Shown: positions 17,081 through 25,744 of the stretch, piece by piece | Position numbering within the stretch: the stretch's first letter is position 1 | Layout: each line of letters begins with the position of its first letter | DNA from: Rhizobium sp. Q54 | GTDB taxonomy: Bacteria > Pseudomonadota > Alphaproteobacteria > CADEGL01 | Length of the DNA: 64,000 nt | NCBI GenBank assembly: GCA_945860095.1 | Contig: CAMAPP010000001.1 | Location: 3,741-67,740 of the forward strand | Direction: 5' to 3' | Translations under genes and position numbers: made by a program | The notes under the pieces: model-generated | What the model was told of the DNA's origin: nothing | What the model saw: only the letters and a program-made list of their open reading frames with translations | Database searches by the model: none

Positions 17081-18558
17081 CTCTGGCAGAGGCTAACGGC
17101 GGTATTCCGCTCACGTTGTACGGCGTGAGTCCGGAGGAGCTCGCCGAGGACGTCTATTACCGTCGAGACTTCTTCGAATTACATCGTGGCTCCGGTTTCA
17201 TCGATTGCATCGAGGGGCCCTCGTTTCATGCCGGCGCGGTCGTGCGCGCCATCGAGGGGACCGATCTGGAAGACCTAGAAACACCATGGGGCTATGGCGG
17301 TCCGATCGCGACCAGCCATGAACAGATGCGACAAGGCATGTGGCTGTGGCGTCAGCGCCAGCGTGAGGCCGGCCGAGTGGCTGAATTCGTGCGCCTGCAC
17401 CCATTCCTCAATCCACTGGCCGTCCACGATTACTATGCTGACATCAAGTTTGATCGTGTAACGATTGCCGTCGATCTATCGCTGCCACGCGAACAACGCC
17501 GTCGCGTCTATTCCGAAGGCACCAAGAACCGACTTCGCCGCGCGGCACGAAGCATGACAGTTGTGAGACTCGGAATCGAACACGCCGAAGATTTTCGGCG
17601 CTGCTACGAAACCGGACTAGACCGCAATAACGCGCTCTCTGCCTATTATTTTGGCGATGACTATTATGAGAAAATTCTCGCGTCGCCTTGGGCGACGTGC
17701 CTTGGCGGGCAATTGGATGGCGAGATTGTATCGATTGCGTGTTTCCTCCATACGGGAATATTTTGCCACTACCATCTGTCCGGTTCGACGTCGGACGGAC
17801 GCGCTAAGTTTGCACACTATCTTCTACTTGATCATGCATTTGATTATTTTTCGGAAAAAGGCGCGCGCCTCATGCATCTCGGCGGCGGCCGGACGGAACG
17901 GCCAGACGATGCGCTGCTGGAGTTCAAGAAGAAGTTTTCCCGTTGGCGCCTAGCGTTCTACACGGCCGGTGCCATCTATGACCCCGAAGCCTATGCCCAG
18001 CTTTCGACTGGGGACACGCGGCGCTTCTTGAACTATCGGTTTAGCCTCACCCCTCGTGATGAGGTCGGCGATGTGGTCTTGCGCAAAGCAACGATTCAAG
18101 ACCTCACCTCCTATTTTCAATTGAAATGCGATGTCTCAAATATTTTTTGGTCTGGACATGTGTCACCGCCGGACTGGCGTCATTTAAGTGCCTGGTATAC
18201 CGCTTTATTCAACGAAAATATGAAGCGCGAAGTCTTTATCGCTGAGATGCATTCACGGGTCATCGGCTACGCGTATCTCGACGACAAGAATGATCATCTC
18301 GAGTCGACATTGGGGGTCGCGGCATCGGAGTCAAACCGCGCACGCGGCCGCCATCTACTTATGGAGATGGTCAAGATATTGCGAGAGCGAAACGAAACAC
18401 GTTCGGTGGAAGCGTGGATTTTTAAGGAGAACATCGCGTCCGTGAAGGCACACGAGGCAGCGGGTTTTGTTTTGGATTCGAGCCGACCGACAAGATCGTC
18501 CAATATGCCTTTCGTTAAAAACGGTAATATTCAAAGTTGCTGGGTGTGGAGGGTTTAG
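17074..18558 (+). CDS. FemAB-like (Acetyltransf_6/aminoacyl-transferase fold) domain fused to a C-terminal GNAT acetyltransferase domain
   Basis: The N-terminal roughly 340 aa resemble FemAB/peptidoglycan-bridge-type transferases. The C-terminal part is a classic GNAT (VIGYAYLD ... RARGRHLLMEMV ... AAGF). The start is taken as a GTG overlapping the SDR stop; track entry 17005 is probably over-extended. Confidence 0.55.
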   Translation: MVTLAEANGGIPLTLYGVSPEELAEDVYYRRDFFELHRGSGFIDCIEGPSFHAGAVVRAIEGTDLEDLETPWGYGGPIATSHEQMRQGMWLWRQRQREAGRVAEFVRLHPFLNPLAVHDYYADIKFDRVTIAVDLSLPREQRRRVYSEGTKNRLRRAARSMTVVRLGIEHAEDFRRCYETGLDRNNALSAYYFGDDYYEKILASPWATCLGGQLDGEIVSIACFLHTGIFCHYHLSGSTSDGRAKFAHYLLLDHAFDYFSEKGARLMHLGGGRTERPDDALLEFKKKFSRWRLAFYTAGAIYDPEAYAQLSTGDTRRFLNYRFSLTPRDEVGDVVLRKATIQDLTSYFQLKCDVSNIFWSGHVSPPDWRHLSAWYTALFNENMKREVFIAEMHSRVIGYAYLDDKNDHLESTLGVAASESNRARGRHLLMEMVKILRERNETRSVEAWIFKENIASVKAHEAAGFVLDSSRPTRSSNMPFVKNGNIQSCWVWRV

Positions 18559-18559
18559 C

Positions 18560-19732
18560 GTGGGATTGTCTCGCAAGAAAGTATGCGTAGTCACCGGCAC
18601 ACGCGCCGAGTTTGGTCTGCTTCGTCCGGTCATGGCGCTTCTCAAGAAGGATTCGGCTTTTGACCTTCAGGTCATCGCCTCGGCCATGCATCTGGTGCCG
18701 GAATTCGGATTGACGTACCGCGAAATCGAAGCGGCGGGATTTGATATCGATGCAAAGGTAGAGATGCTGATCGCCGGCGACACGCCTGCGGCCGCGGCAA
18801 AGTCGATGGGAATCGGCACCATGGGCTTCGCTGATGCATTTTCTCGACTTGAACCCGATATGATCATGCTATTGGGCGATCGATTCGAGGCGCTCGCCGC
18901 CGCTTCGACCGCGACGGTCATGGGCATTCCCATCATCCATTTGGTGGGGGGCGACGTTACCGAAGGCGCCTTCGACGATGCCATTCGGCACGCGATTACA
19001 AAGATGTCCCATCTGCACTTTGTGGCCTCGAAGGAATCAGGTGGCCGAGTCCGGCAAATGGGTGAGGAGCCGTTTCGTGTGCATGTCGTGGGCGATCCTG
19101 GACTCGATGGTCTGCGGCAGATGACATTGATTGGTCGGAAAGCCCTGGAACGAGATATCGGATTTCGGTTTCGTCACAAGAATCTCGTTGTCACCTTTCA
19201 CCCAGCGACGCTCGATCGTATTCCGTCGACCAAGCAGTTCGCCACCGTGTTGGATGCGCTCGACAGCCTTGGTCCGGATTTTGGCCTTATCTTCACTAAA
19301 CCGAACGCCGATCCGCAAGGGCGGGCGCTCATCGTCATGCTCGATGCGTTTGTTCGGGATCACCCGAATTCGGCTGCTTTCGTGTCTTTAGGGCAGCGCC
19401 GCTATCTAAGCGTCATGGCGCAATGTGACGCAGTCGTCGGCAATTCGTCGTCAGGGCTCTTAGAGGCGCCGTCGTTGGGCATACCCACGATCAACATAGG
19501 AAGCCGCCAGAATGGCCGTCTGAAGGCGAAGACGGTTTATGATTGTTCTGTGGACAAGGCGGGGATAGTTAGGGCGCTTCGCAAAGCCCTGAGCGGGCGT
19601 ATTGGAAAGGTGGATAATCCACATGGAGATGGCCATACGGCGCCTCGAATCATACGCATACTGAAAAAGGTACGCGATCCAAAGAGCCTATTGCGCAAAT
19701 CCTTCCATAACCTCAATCGATCCCTTGTCTGA
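18560..19732 (+). CDS. UDP/GDP-N-acetylglucosamine 2-epimerase (hydrolysing), NeuC/LegG family, copy 2
   Basis: Shares roughly 50-55% identity with copy 1 (VTGTRAEFGLLRPV, HLVGGDVTEGAFDDAIRHAITKMSHLHF, GNSSSGLLEAPS). GTG start. Confidence 0.8.
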   Translation: MGLSRKKVCVVTGTRAEFGLLRPVMALLKKDSAFDLQVIASAMHLVPEFGLTYREIEAAGFDIDAKVEMLIAGDTPAAAAKSMGIGTMGFADAFSRLEPDMIMLLGDRFEALAAASTATVMGIPIIHLVGGDVTEGAFDDAIRHAITKMSHLHFVASKESGGRVRQMGEEPFRVHVVGDPGLDGLRQMTLIGRKALERDIGFRFRHKNLVVTFHPATLDRIPSTKQFATVLDALDSLGPDFGLIFTKPNADPQGRALIVMLDAFVRDHPNSAAFVSLGQRRYLSVMAQCDAVVGNSSSGLLEAPSLGIPTINIGSRQNGRLKAKTVYDCSVDKAGIVRALRKALSGRIGKVDNPHGDGHTAPRIIRILKKVRDPKSLLRKSFHNLNRSLV

Positions 19733-20804
19733 CCGGGTTTACATCATCGCGGAGGCGGGGGTGAACCATAACGGTTCGCTCGATATGGCGCTTCGGTTGA
19801 TAGATTGCGCCGCTGAGGCTGCCGCGGATGCGGTGAAATTTCAGACGTTCAAGGCCGAAAAGGTGGTGACCGCCGCCGCACCTAGGGCGGCGTATCAAAT
19901 TGCGAATGTGGGCGAGGATGGCTCGCAGATCGAATTGATTCGGAATTTGCAACTTGATGAATCGGATTTTTATAAACTCGCCGCTCATGCAGCCGCGTGC
20001 AATATCGAATTCATGTCCACGCCCTTCGACCTCGAATCATTGCAATTTCTCGTGCACGAAATTGGCATCCGCCGGCTTAAAATTCCCTCTGGCGAAATCA
20101 CCAACATCTTCTTATTGCTAGGTGCGGCGCGATCGAAGCTTCCACTAATTGTCTCGACGGGCATGTGCACGCTCGACGACATCGAAGCGGCCTTGGACGT
20201 GCTTGCCTTTGGCCTCGTCCAGCCCAATGTCGCGCCTTCCGCAAATCGTATTTGGGGCGCTTCCACCAGCGCGGCCGGCCGTGCCGCCTTGATGGAAAAG
20301 GTGACGTTGCTCCACTGCACTACGGAGTATCCAAGTCCGGTGGAAGATACAAATTTGCGCGCAATGCAGACCATGCGCGATAAATTCAACCTTCCGGTTG
20401 GTTATTCTGACCACACCAGTGGCATCGCAATTCCTGTTGCCGCGGCAGCTCTGGGCGCAACTGTGATCGAAAAGCATTTCACTCTTGATCGCTCACTGCC
20501 GGGCCCGGACCACCCCGCCTCTCTGGAACCTACTGAATTGAAGTCGATGGTTCAATTCGTGCGCAAATCGGCTGCGGCATTAGGGCGGTCTGAAAAATTA
20601 CCAGCGCCTTCCGAACTTAAAAACATTCCGATTGCACGGCGCAGCCTAGTCGCCGCGCGCTCGATTCGGCACGGGGAAACGCTTGACCTGTCGATGCTCG
20701 ACGCAAAGCGCCCTGGTACGGGCCTGTCGCCAATGCGCATATTTGACATCGTCGGGACCAAGGCTAAGCGTGATTACGCTCCAGATGAGGCGATTGAATC
20801 GTGA
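19725..20804 (+). CDS. N-acetylneuraminate synthase family (NeuB/LegI/PseI-type nonulosonic acid synthase)
   Basis: The N-terminus YIIAEAGVNHNGS, the conserved core and a C-terminal SAF-like domain are present. Confidence 0.85.
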   Translation: MSDRVYIIAEAGVNHNGSLDMALRLIDCAAEAAADAVKFQTFKAEKVVTAAAPRAAYQIANVGEDGSQIELIRNLQLDESDFYKLAAHAAACNIEFMSTPFDLESLQFLVHEIGIRRLKIPSGEITNIFLLLGAARSKLPLIVSTGMCTLDDIEAALDVLAFGLVQPNVAPSANRIWGASTSAAGRAALMEKVTLLHCTTEYPSPVEDTNLRAMQTMRDKFNLPVGYSDHTSGIAIPVAAAALGATVIEKHFTLDRSLPGPDHPASLEPTELKSMVQFVRKSAAALGRSEKLPAPSELKNIPIARRSLVAARSIRHGETLDLSMLDAKRPGTGLSPMRIFDIVGTKAKRDYAPDEAIES

Positions 20805-21451
20805 GCAGGCCGGTCATTATCGTCGGCGGCGGAGGCCACGCCCACGTGATTATCGACGCGCTTACCCGCGGTGGCATCTCAGTGATCGGAATTTGCGATC
20901 CGGCCCTGTCGAAGGGTTCGTTAGGGCCGCTAGGCGTTTTGGTTCTTGGCAACGATAGTGCCCTGTCCGGCTATCCACCATCGGATGTCGATCTTGTGAA
21001 TGGCGTGGGATCGACCTCTTCAACGGATTCCCATAGACAGGTGTTCGAAGTCTTCAGCCGACGCGGCTACCGCTTTGTGTCGGTCGTGCATCCGAGTGCG
21101 ATCATTGCACGTGACGTAAGAGTAGAAGAGGGCGGTCAATTGATGGCGGGGGTTGTGGTCCAGGCCGGGACGGTCATTGGCCGCAATACGATTGTCAATA
21201 CTGGCTCCTGCATCGACCACAATTGTCGGCTCGGTGACCATGTACACGTAGCGCCGGGCGTGACGCTGTCCGGGGGCGTGACTGTTGGGTCGAACACGCA
21301 CATAGGAGTTGGTGCTTCGATTATTCAATCGGTCATCATCGGTGAACACTGTCTAATTGGAGCGGGCACCGTCGTGCTAACTAATGTCGATGATGGCTGT
21401 CGTATCGTAACGCCCCCGAGTCGAACGCTCATCGAGCGACCGGCAAAGTAA
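20801..21451 (+). CDS. NeuD/PglD-family sugar N/O-acyltransferase (hexapeptide)
   Basis: A Rossmann-like N-terminus (IIVGGGGHA) precedes left-handed beta-helix repeats. It overlaps the upstream stop. Confidence 0.8.
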   Translation: MSRPVIIVGGGGHAHVIIDALTRGGISVIGICDPALSKGSLGPLGVLVLGNDSALSGYPPSDVDLVNGVGSTSSTDSHRQVFEVFSRRGYRFVSVVHPSAIIARDVRVEEGGQLMAGVVVQAGTVIGRNTIVNTGSCIDHNCRLGDHVHVAPGVTLSGGVTVGSNTHIGVGASIIQSVIIGEHCLIGAGTVVLTNVDDGCRIVTPPSRTLIERPAK

Positions 21452-21473
21452 CATAGGCCTGAATTCTCCTCAT

Positions 21474-22400
21474 ATGGCCCGTACACTTGTTGTCGGATAC
21501 GGCTCGATCGGCGAACGCCATGGTCGTCTCCTTGCGGAGCTTGGACACGAAGTGGCGGTAGTCAGCCGCCGCGCCATTTCGCATTCATCGAAGTTTAGCG
21601 CAGTGGCCGACGCAATGCGGGCAATCAAACCTGAATACGTCGTAATTGCGAACGAGACTTCCGCGCATCGCTCGACCGTTGCTGCCCTCGTAGCCTGCAA
21701 TTTTTCCGGAATAATCCTTATCGAAAAGCCGCTCTTCGAGTGCACTAGCAGTAGGGATGCAACCGACCGAGCAAACACTTATGTGGGTTATGCTCTTCGT
21801 TTTCACCCATTGATGGTTCAGTTGCGAGAATGGGTACGGACGAGAAGAGTAGTCTCGGCGTCAATTCATGTAGGGCAGAATTTGTCGAGGTGGCGCCCCG
21901 GCCGGGATCTCCGTGATTCCTATTCAGCGCAACCAGCGCTTGGGGGCGGCGTGTTGCGTGACCTAAGTCACGAGTTGGACTATGCGATCTGGTTGTTCGG
22001 CGCATGGCGACGCGTTGCAGCGATCGGCGGAGCAAGCGGTGTACTTGGTATCGAAGCGGATGATCATTGGAGCATCGTGGCGGAGTTCGATCGCTGTCCA
22101 CAGGTAAGCATGACGCTTAGCTATCTCGACGAGCCACCGCGGCGTCAGATCGTGGTCAATACGGACTCTGGGACAGCGTCCGTCGACTTGCTGCGTGGAT
22201 CATTCCAGACCAGTGAGCAACCGGAGCCTGATCGCATTCGCGTTGACCGTGACGAACTCTATCGCCAGCAGCACAAAGTGATCCTATCCGGCTGTCCCGG
22301 GCAGGCATGCACGTATGGCGAAGGCCTTGCTGTCGTCTTATTCATCGAAGCGATCGAAAGTGCTGCCCGAACAGGATTCTGGATCGCTGGTTATCGATAA
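21474..22400 (+). CDS. Gfo/Idh/MocA family oxidoreductase (PtmF-like)
   Basis: The N-terminal Rossmann segment (LVVGYGSIGERH) and the EKP motif are present. Confidence 0.7.
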   Translation: MARTLVVGYGSIGERHGRLLAELGHEVAVVSRRAISHSSKFSAVADAMRAIKPEYVVIANETSAHRSTVAALVACNFSGIILIEKPLFECTSSRDATDRANTYVGYALRFHPLMVQLREWVRTRRVVSASIHVGQNLSRWRPGRDLRDSYSAQPALGGGVLRDLSHELDYAIWLFGAWRRVAAIGGASGVLGIEADDHWSIVAEFDRCPQVSMTLSYLDEPPRRQIVVNTDSGTASVDLLRGSFQTSEQPEPDRIRVDRDELYRQQHKVILSGCPGQACTYGEGLAVVLFIEAIESAARTGFWIAGYR

Positions 22401-23117
22401 ATGAAGCGAATTTGCACAATCTGCGCGCGGGGGGGGTCCAAAGGTCTTCCCGGCAAGAACCTTCGGAAGCTTCTTGGAAAATCCCTCATCGCGCATTCCG
22501 TTGAGCACGCGCGCGCGACCGGCTTATTTGATGCCATCGCCGTGAGTAGCGACGACGACGACATTTTGCTGGCTGCGCGACAAGCAGACGTCGATCACCT
22601 GGTCAAACGCCCGTCCCATCTTGCCAACGATGTAGCTGCCAAGATGCCGACAATTCAGCACTGCGTGCGCGCAGTAGAAGAGAAATTAAATCAACAGTTC
22701 GATGTTATGGTCGATTTAGATGCCACTGCTCCATTGCGGCTTCCGGAGGATATCACGGGTGCCGTGGCGATGTTGGAGGCTGGCGGCTGCGACAATGTCA
22801 TTACCGGCAGTGAGGCGCACCGATCGCCGTATTTTAATCTTGTGGAGATGGGCAGAGATGGCTTCGTGAACCTGTCGAAGCCGGGTGGAGGGCTCGTTCG
22901 CCGGCAGGATTCACCCAAATGCTACGACTGCAATGCATCAATATACGTCTGGCCGCGCGCGACCTTTTTCGTGGCAGCGTTCGCCATTATGCCACGCACG
23001 AAGCTCTATGAAATGCCTCGCGGACGTTCACTCGATATCGACAACGAACTAGATTTTGAGATTGTCGAATTCCTCATGCGTCGCGCCGAGTTTGTGGACA
23101 GAGGATTGCGGAAATGA
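22401..23117 (+). CDS. Acylneuraminate cytidylyltransferase family (CMP-nonulosonic acid synthetase), copy 2
   Basis: The N-terminus reads ICTICARGGSKGLPGKNL... with the canonical length. Confidence 0.8.
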   Translation: MKRICTICARGGSKGLPGKNLRKLLGKSLIAHSVEHARATGLFDAIAVSSDDDDILLAARQADVDHLVKRPSHLANDVAAKMPTIQHCVRAVEEKLNQQFDVMVDLDATAPLRLPEDITGAVAMLEAGGCDNVITGSEAHRSPYFNLVEMGRDGFVNLSKPGGGLVRRQDSPKCYDCNASIYVWPRATFFVAAFAIMPRTKLYEMPRGRSLDIDNELDFEIVEFLMRRAEFVDRGLRK

Positions 23118-24694
23118 CGAATGCGGTTGCAGCGCCAACCAGTCGGAAGGGCCTAGCGGCATTTGTCTATGATGACATCGGCAAAATTACGGACTGGCGT
23201 GAGCGGCTCCACTGGCCGATCGCCCATGTTGATATCGCAAATATCGGACATCTCGTTCCCGCCGCGGTGATCTCGGCCGCGGCGTCTTTCTCCGATCTAT
23301 TCGAACGTCAGGTGGCGACCGTTGCCGGCCCGTTATTGGGCGGTGGGTTCATGTCGCTCTTGGAAGCGGCCTGGGTTAGCCAAGAAGCAAAACGCCTAGG
23401 CCTGGAGATCGTTGGTGGCCCCCCTGAAATGGCGTTGCTTGCACACGGCCGCGAAGACTTCGCCGTCCAGGAATATCGCGGCTTTCGGGTGATGCCAGTG
23501 CCACATTCGCGGCTTCGTCGCATGGTCCGAATGGCCATGTGGACGCCGGTTCACCGCCTCCCCCGCGCGCTGCTGACTCCGGAAGCAGTGGCGGTGACAT
23601 ACAATTCGCTGCTGGTGCAGGCAACGAAAGGCCATGCCGTCGGCTTCCATCACGCGCCAAACATGGTTGCACAATCCCGCGGTGGTCGTTCGCGGAAAAT
23701 GAATATTGATGTGGTGTCGATTGCGGACAAGGTGCTTGATCGCTTACTGCCACTCGCACCGATTCTCAACGCAATTCACCGCGACCGCCTGAGGAGGGTC
23801 TTCAATGCTCGTATCAAAACCGCATTGACACGGGTCGTAGAGGACATCGCCGCTTTGCGAGAATATAAACTTCCAAATGAAATCTGGAGCGGGACCAATG
23901 GATTTTATGCGACCCGCGTCCTTGCCAGCGAGGTTCGCCGTCGCGGCGGACGGGTTGAGGCATTCGATCACGGTGGCGTCACGGGCCTTACACAATTGGT
24001 GGGGTCAACGGCGCTGATCGAACTGTGCACCTCAAGTCGCTTTCATCTCGCCACACCGGAGTGGGCCGAGTTATTGGCGAAAACCGACGCGATCTCCATT
24101 GCCGCGCCGCTCAACAGCGTCACTCTGGCAGGTGGCGGCGGAGAGCCAACATTTCGCCAAGCGTTTCGCGACGGCACTGAACGCAAAGGTACACGACCGC
24201 GTGTCATCGTTATCGGCCATCCACATAAAGGCTTACGGCAATTTCCAATTGCGGCAATCAGCGACGCCACATATTGGGATTTCCAGATTGAACTCGTTGG
24301 CCAACTCAAACGCATGGACGTGGATTTTTTCTGCAAGCCGCATCCAGAAGGTGAGTTCCGAGGGCGTCGCAATCCACTGGAGGAACTCGCGCCGACATCT
24401 TATTCTCGCTTCGAAGAACATCTCGACGACGCCGATGTGTTTCTGTTCGATGCGCCGACATCCACCACATTTCTGGAGAGCCTCTGCACGCGGCGCCGAG
24501 TCGTGTTAATCGACCGGTTGTATGGTTTTAATCCTGTTGTGGAGCCTCACATACGCGAGCGTTGTCGAATTGTTAAAGGGCATTTCGATGCTCGAAATCG
24601 GTTCCGGGTCGATTTTAGCGAGCTGGAGGAGGCAATCTGCGGTACCGGATCGGAACCCGATCCTTCATATTTTCGACGTCTCACTTCCGGCTAA
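23114..24694 (+). CDS. Hypothetical protein with Capsule_synth-like (KpsS/KpsC-type) C-terminal domain; candidate CMP-nonulosonic acid transferase
   Basis: FFCKPHPEGE and DADVFLFDAPTSTTFLESL resemble the HP and TAGFES motifs of KpsS/KpsC. It is translationally coupled (ATGA) to the CMP-NulO synthetase. Confidence 0.5.
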   Translation: MTNAVAAPTSRKGLAAFVYDDIGKITDWRERLHWPIAHVDIANIGHLVPAAVISAAASFSDLFERQVATVAGPLLGGGFMSLLEAAWVSQEAKRLGLEIVGGPPEMALLAHGREDFAVQEYRGFRVMPVPHSRLRRMVRMAMWTPVHRLPRALLTPEAVAVTYNSLLVQATKGHAVGFHHAPNMVAQSRGGRSRKMNIDVVSIADKVLDRLLPLAPILNAIHRDRLRRVFNARIKTALTRVVEDIAALREYKLPNEIWSGTNGFYATRVLASEVRRRGGRVEAFDHGGVTGLTQLVGSTALIELCTSSRFHLATPEWAELLAKTDAISIAAPLNSVTLAGGGGEPTFRQAFRDGTERKGTRPRVIVIGHPHKGLRQFPIAAISDATYWDFQIELVGQLKRMDVDFFCKPHPEGEFRGRRNPLEELAPTSYSRFEEHLDDADVFLFDAPTSTTFLESLCTRRRVVLIDRLYGFNPVVEPHIRERCRIVKGHFDARNRFRVDFSELEEAICGTGSEPDPSYFRRLTSG

Positions 24695-24716
24695 GATTGA
24701 TCTGAAACTTACGGTC

Positions 24717-24857
24717 ATGAGTAGGGGGGTGCCGAGTCGGGTGGACGAGCGCGGGCGGATCTGGCCGGATGCGGCCGCGCTCGAGGACGCCGTCTTGGCC
24801 GGCGCCGCCACGGCCGACCCCGGCTATTTCCGCCGTCTTTTGGCGGGCGATTCGTGA
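24717..24857 (+). pseudogene. 3' remnant of a resident homologue of the 526-aa Capsule_synth-like gene
   Basis: It encodes ...RIWPDAAALEDAVLAGAATADPGYFRRLLAGDS*, which parallels the C-terminus ...RFRVDFSELEEAICGTGSEPDPSYFRRLTSG* of 23114..24694. It is high-GC and keeps a GTGA overlap with the next gene. Confidence 0.4.
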
Positions 24858-25720
24858 CCACGCGTTATATTTTCACCGCGACCGCCGGCCGCAGCGGACA
24901 AAACTCGCTCGCCGATATCGCGCGCCGATATATTCCCGGTTGCCTCGTCCAGTTCGAGGAGCCGCAAATCCGGCCGCTCACGCCAAAACCCTTCGCCTAT
25001 TACGAGCGCCTGGTGCGGCGGCGCTTCGTCGAAACCCACGAATTGCTCGGCCGGGGGCGCGTGATCGAGGCATTCGTCGCCCGGGATGACGCGGCACTCG
25101 CGCGCTTTGCGCAAAGGCGCCTGGATTGGATCGGGCGCAAGATTGAAGGCGCCGGCGCGCACATCTATTTCGATGTCAGCAAATACTTCATTCGCGGCCT
25201 GCACCGGCCGATCGCGCGCGCGCGGCCGGGCATGACGCTGGTGCGCTTGGTGCGCGACCCGATCGTGAATATGCGCAGCTTTCTCAATCGCGATAAGAAT
25301 TTTTACCTGGATAACAATCGCCCCGACTCGGATGCGAACCAGTTGCGGCTCGACCCCGCGAATCTCGAGAAGGGCGAATTGTTCCTGTGGGCTTGGTGCG
25401 AATGCTATCTGCGCGCGGGCGCGCTCGCCGACGAGTTCGGCCTGAACCCGATCGTCGACATCGCAACTGCCGATCTCAACGATGGACCCGCCATGACCCG
25501 CGCCTTCGCCCGTCTCGGCTTCGACATTCCCGCCATCGATCCGGGCAAACCCCTGAACCGCAATGTCGCGAACGGCTACGGTGCAACACAAGTCTCGGCG
25601 AAGGACGTGGAATTGTTCGAGCGCTTTCGCGCCCGATTGCCCGCGGCCTCGCTCGAGCGCCTGAAAACCCTGCACGGCTACGACGCCCGCGAGGCATTGC
25701 GCCGTGCGATGCCGACATAG
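24854..25720 (+). CDS. Hypothetical protein with weak sulfotransferase-like motifs
   Basis: The N-terminal TATAGRSGQNS resembles a PAPS 5'-phosphosulfate loop, and LVRLVRDPIVNMRSF resembles the RDP...S 3'-phosphate motif. The GTG start overlaps the remnant stop. Confidence 0.4.
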   Translation: MTTRYIFTATAGRSGQNSLADIARRYIPGCLVQFEEPQIRPLTPKPFAYYERLVRRRFVETHELLGRGRVIEAFVARDDAALARFAQRRLDWIGRKIEGAGAHIYFDVSKYFIRGLHRPIARARPGMTLVRLVRDPIVNMRSFLNRDKNFYLDNNRPDSDANQLRLDPANLEKGELFLWAWCECYLRAGALADEFGLNPIVDIATADLNDGPAMTRAFARLGFDIPAIDPGKPLNRNVANGYGATQVSAKDVELFERFRARLPAASLERLKTLHGYDAREALRRAMPT

Positions 25721-25744
25721 ACCGGATAACATGATCCCAACCCG

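Noticed and set aside
12100-24800. Integrase, transposase or IS element at the island boundaries.
   Set aside because: No ORF with recombinase or transposase motifs and no inverted terminal repeats were recognised at either boundary. The boundaries are marked by gene remnants instead.
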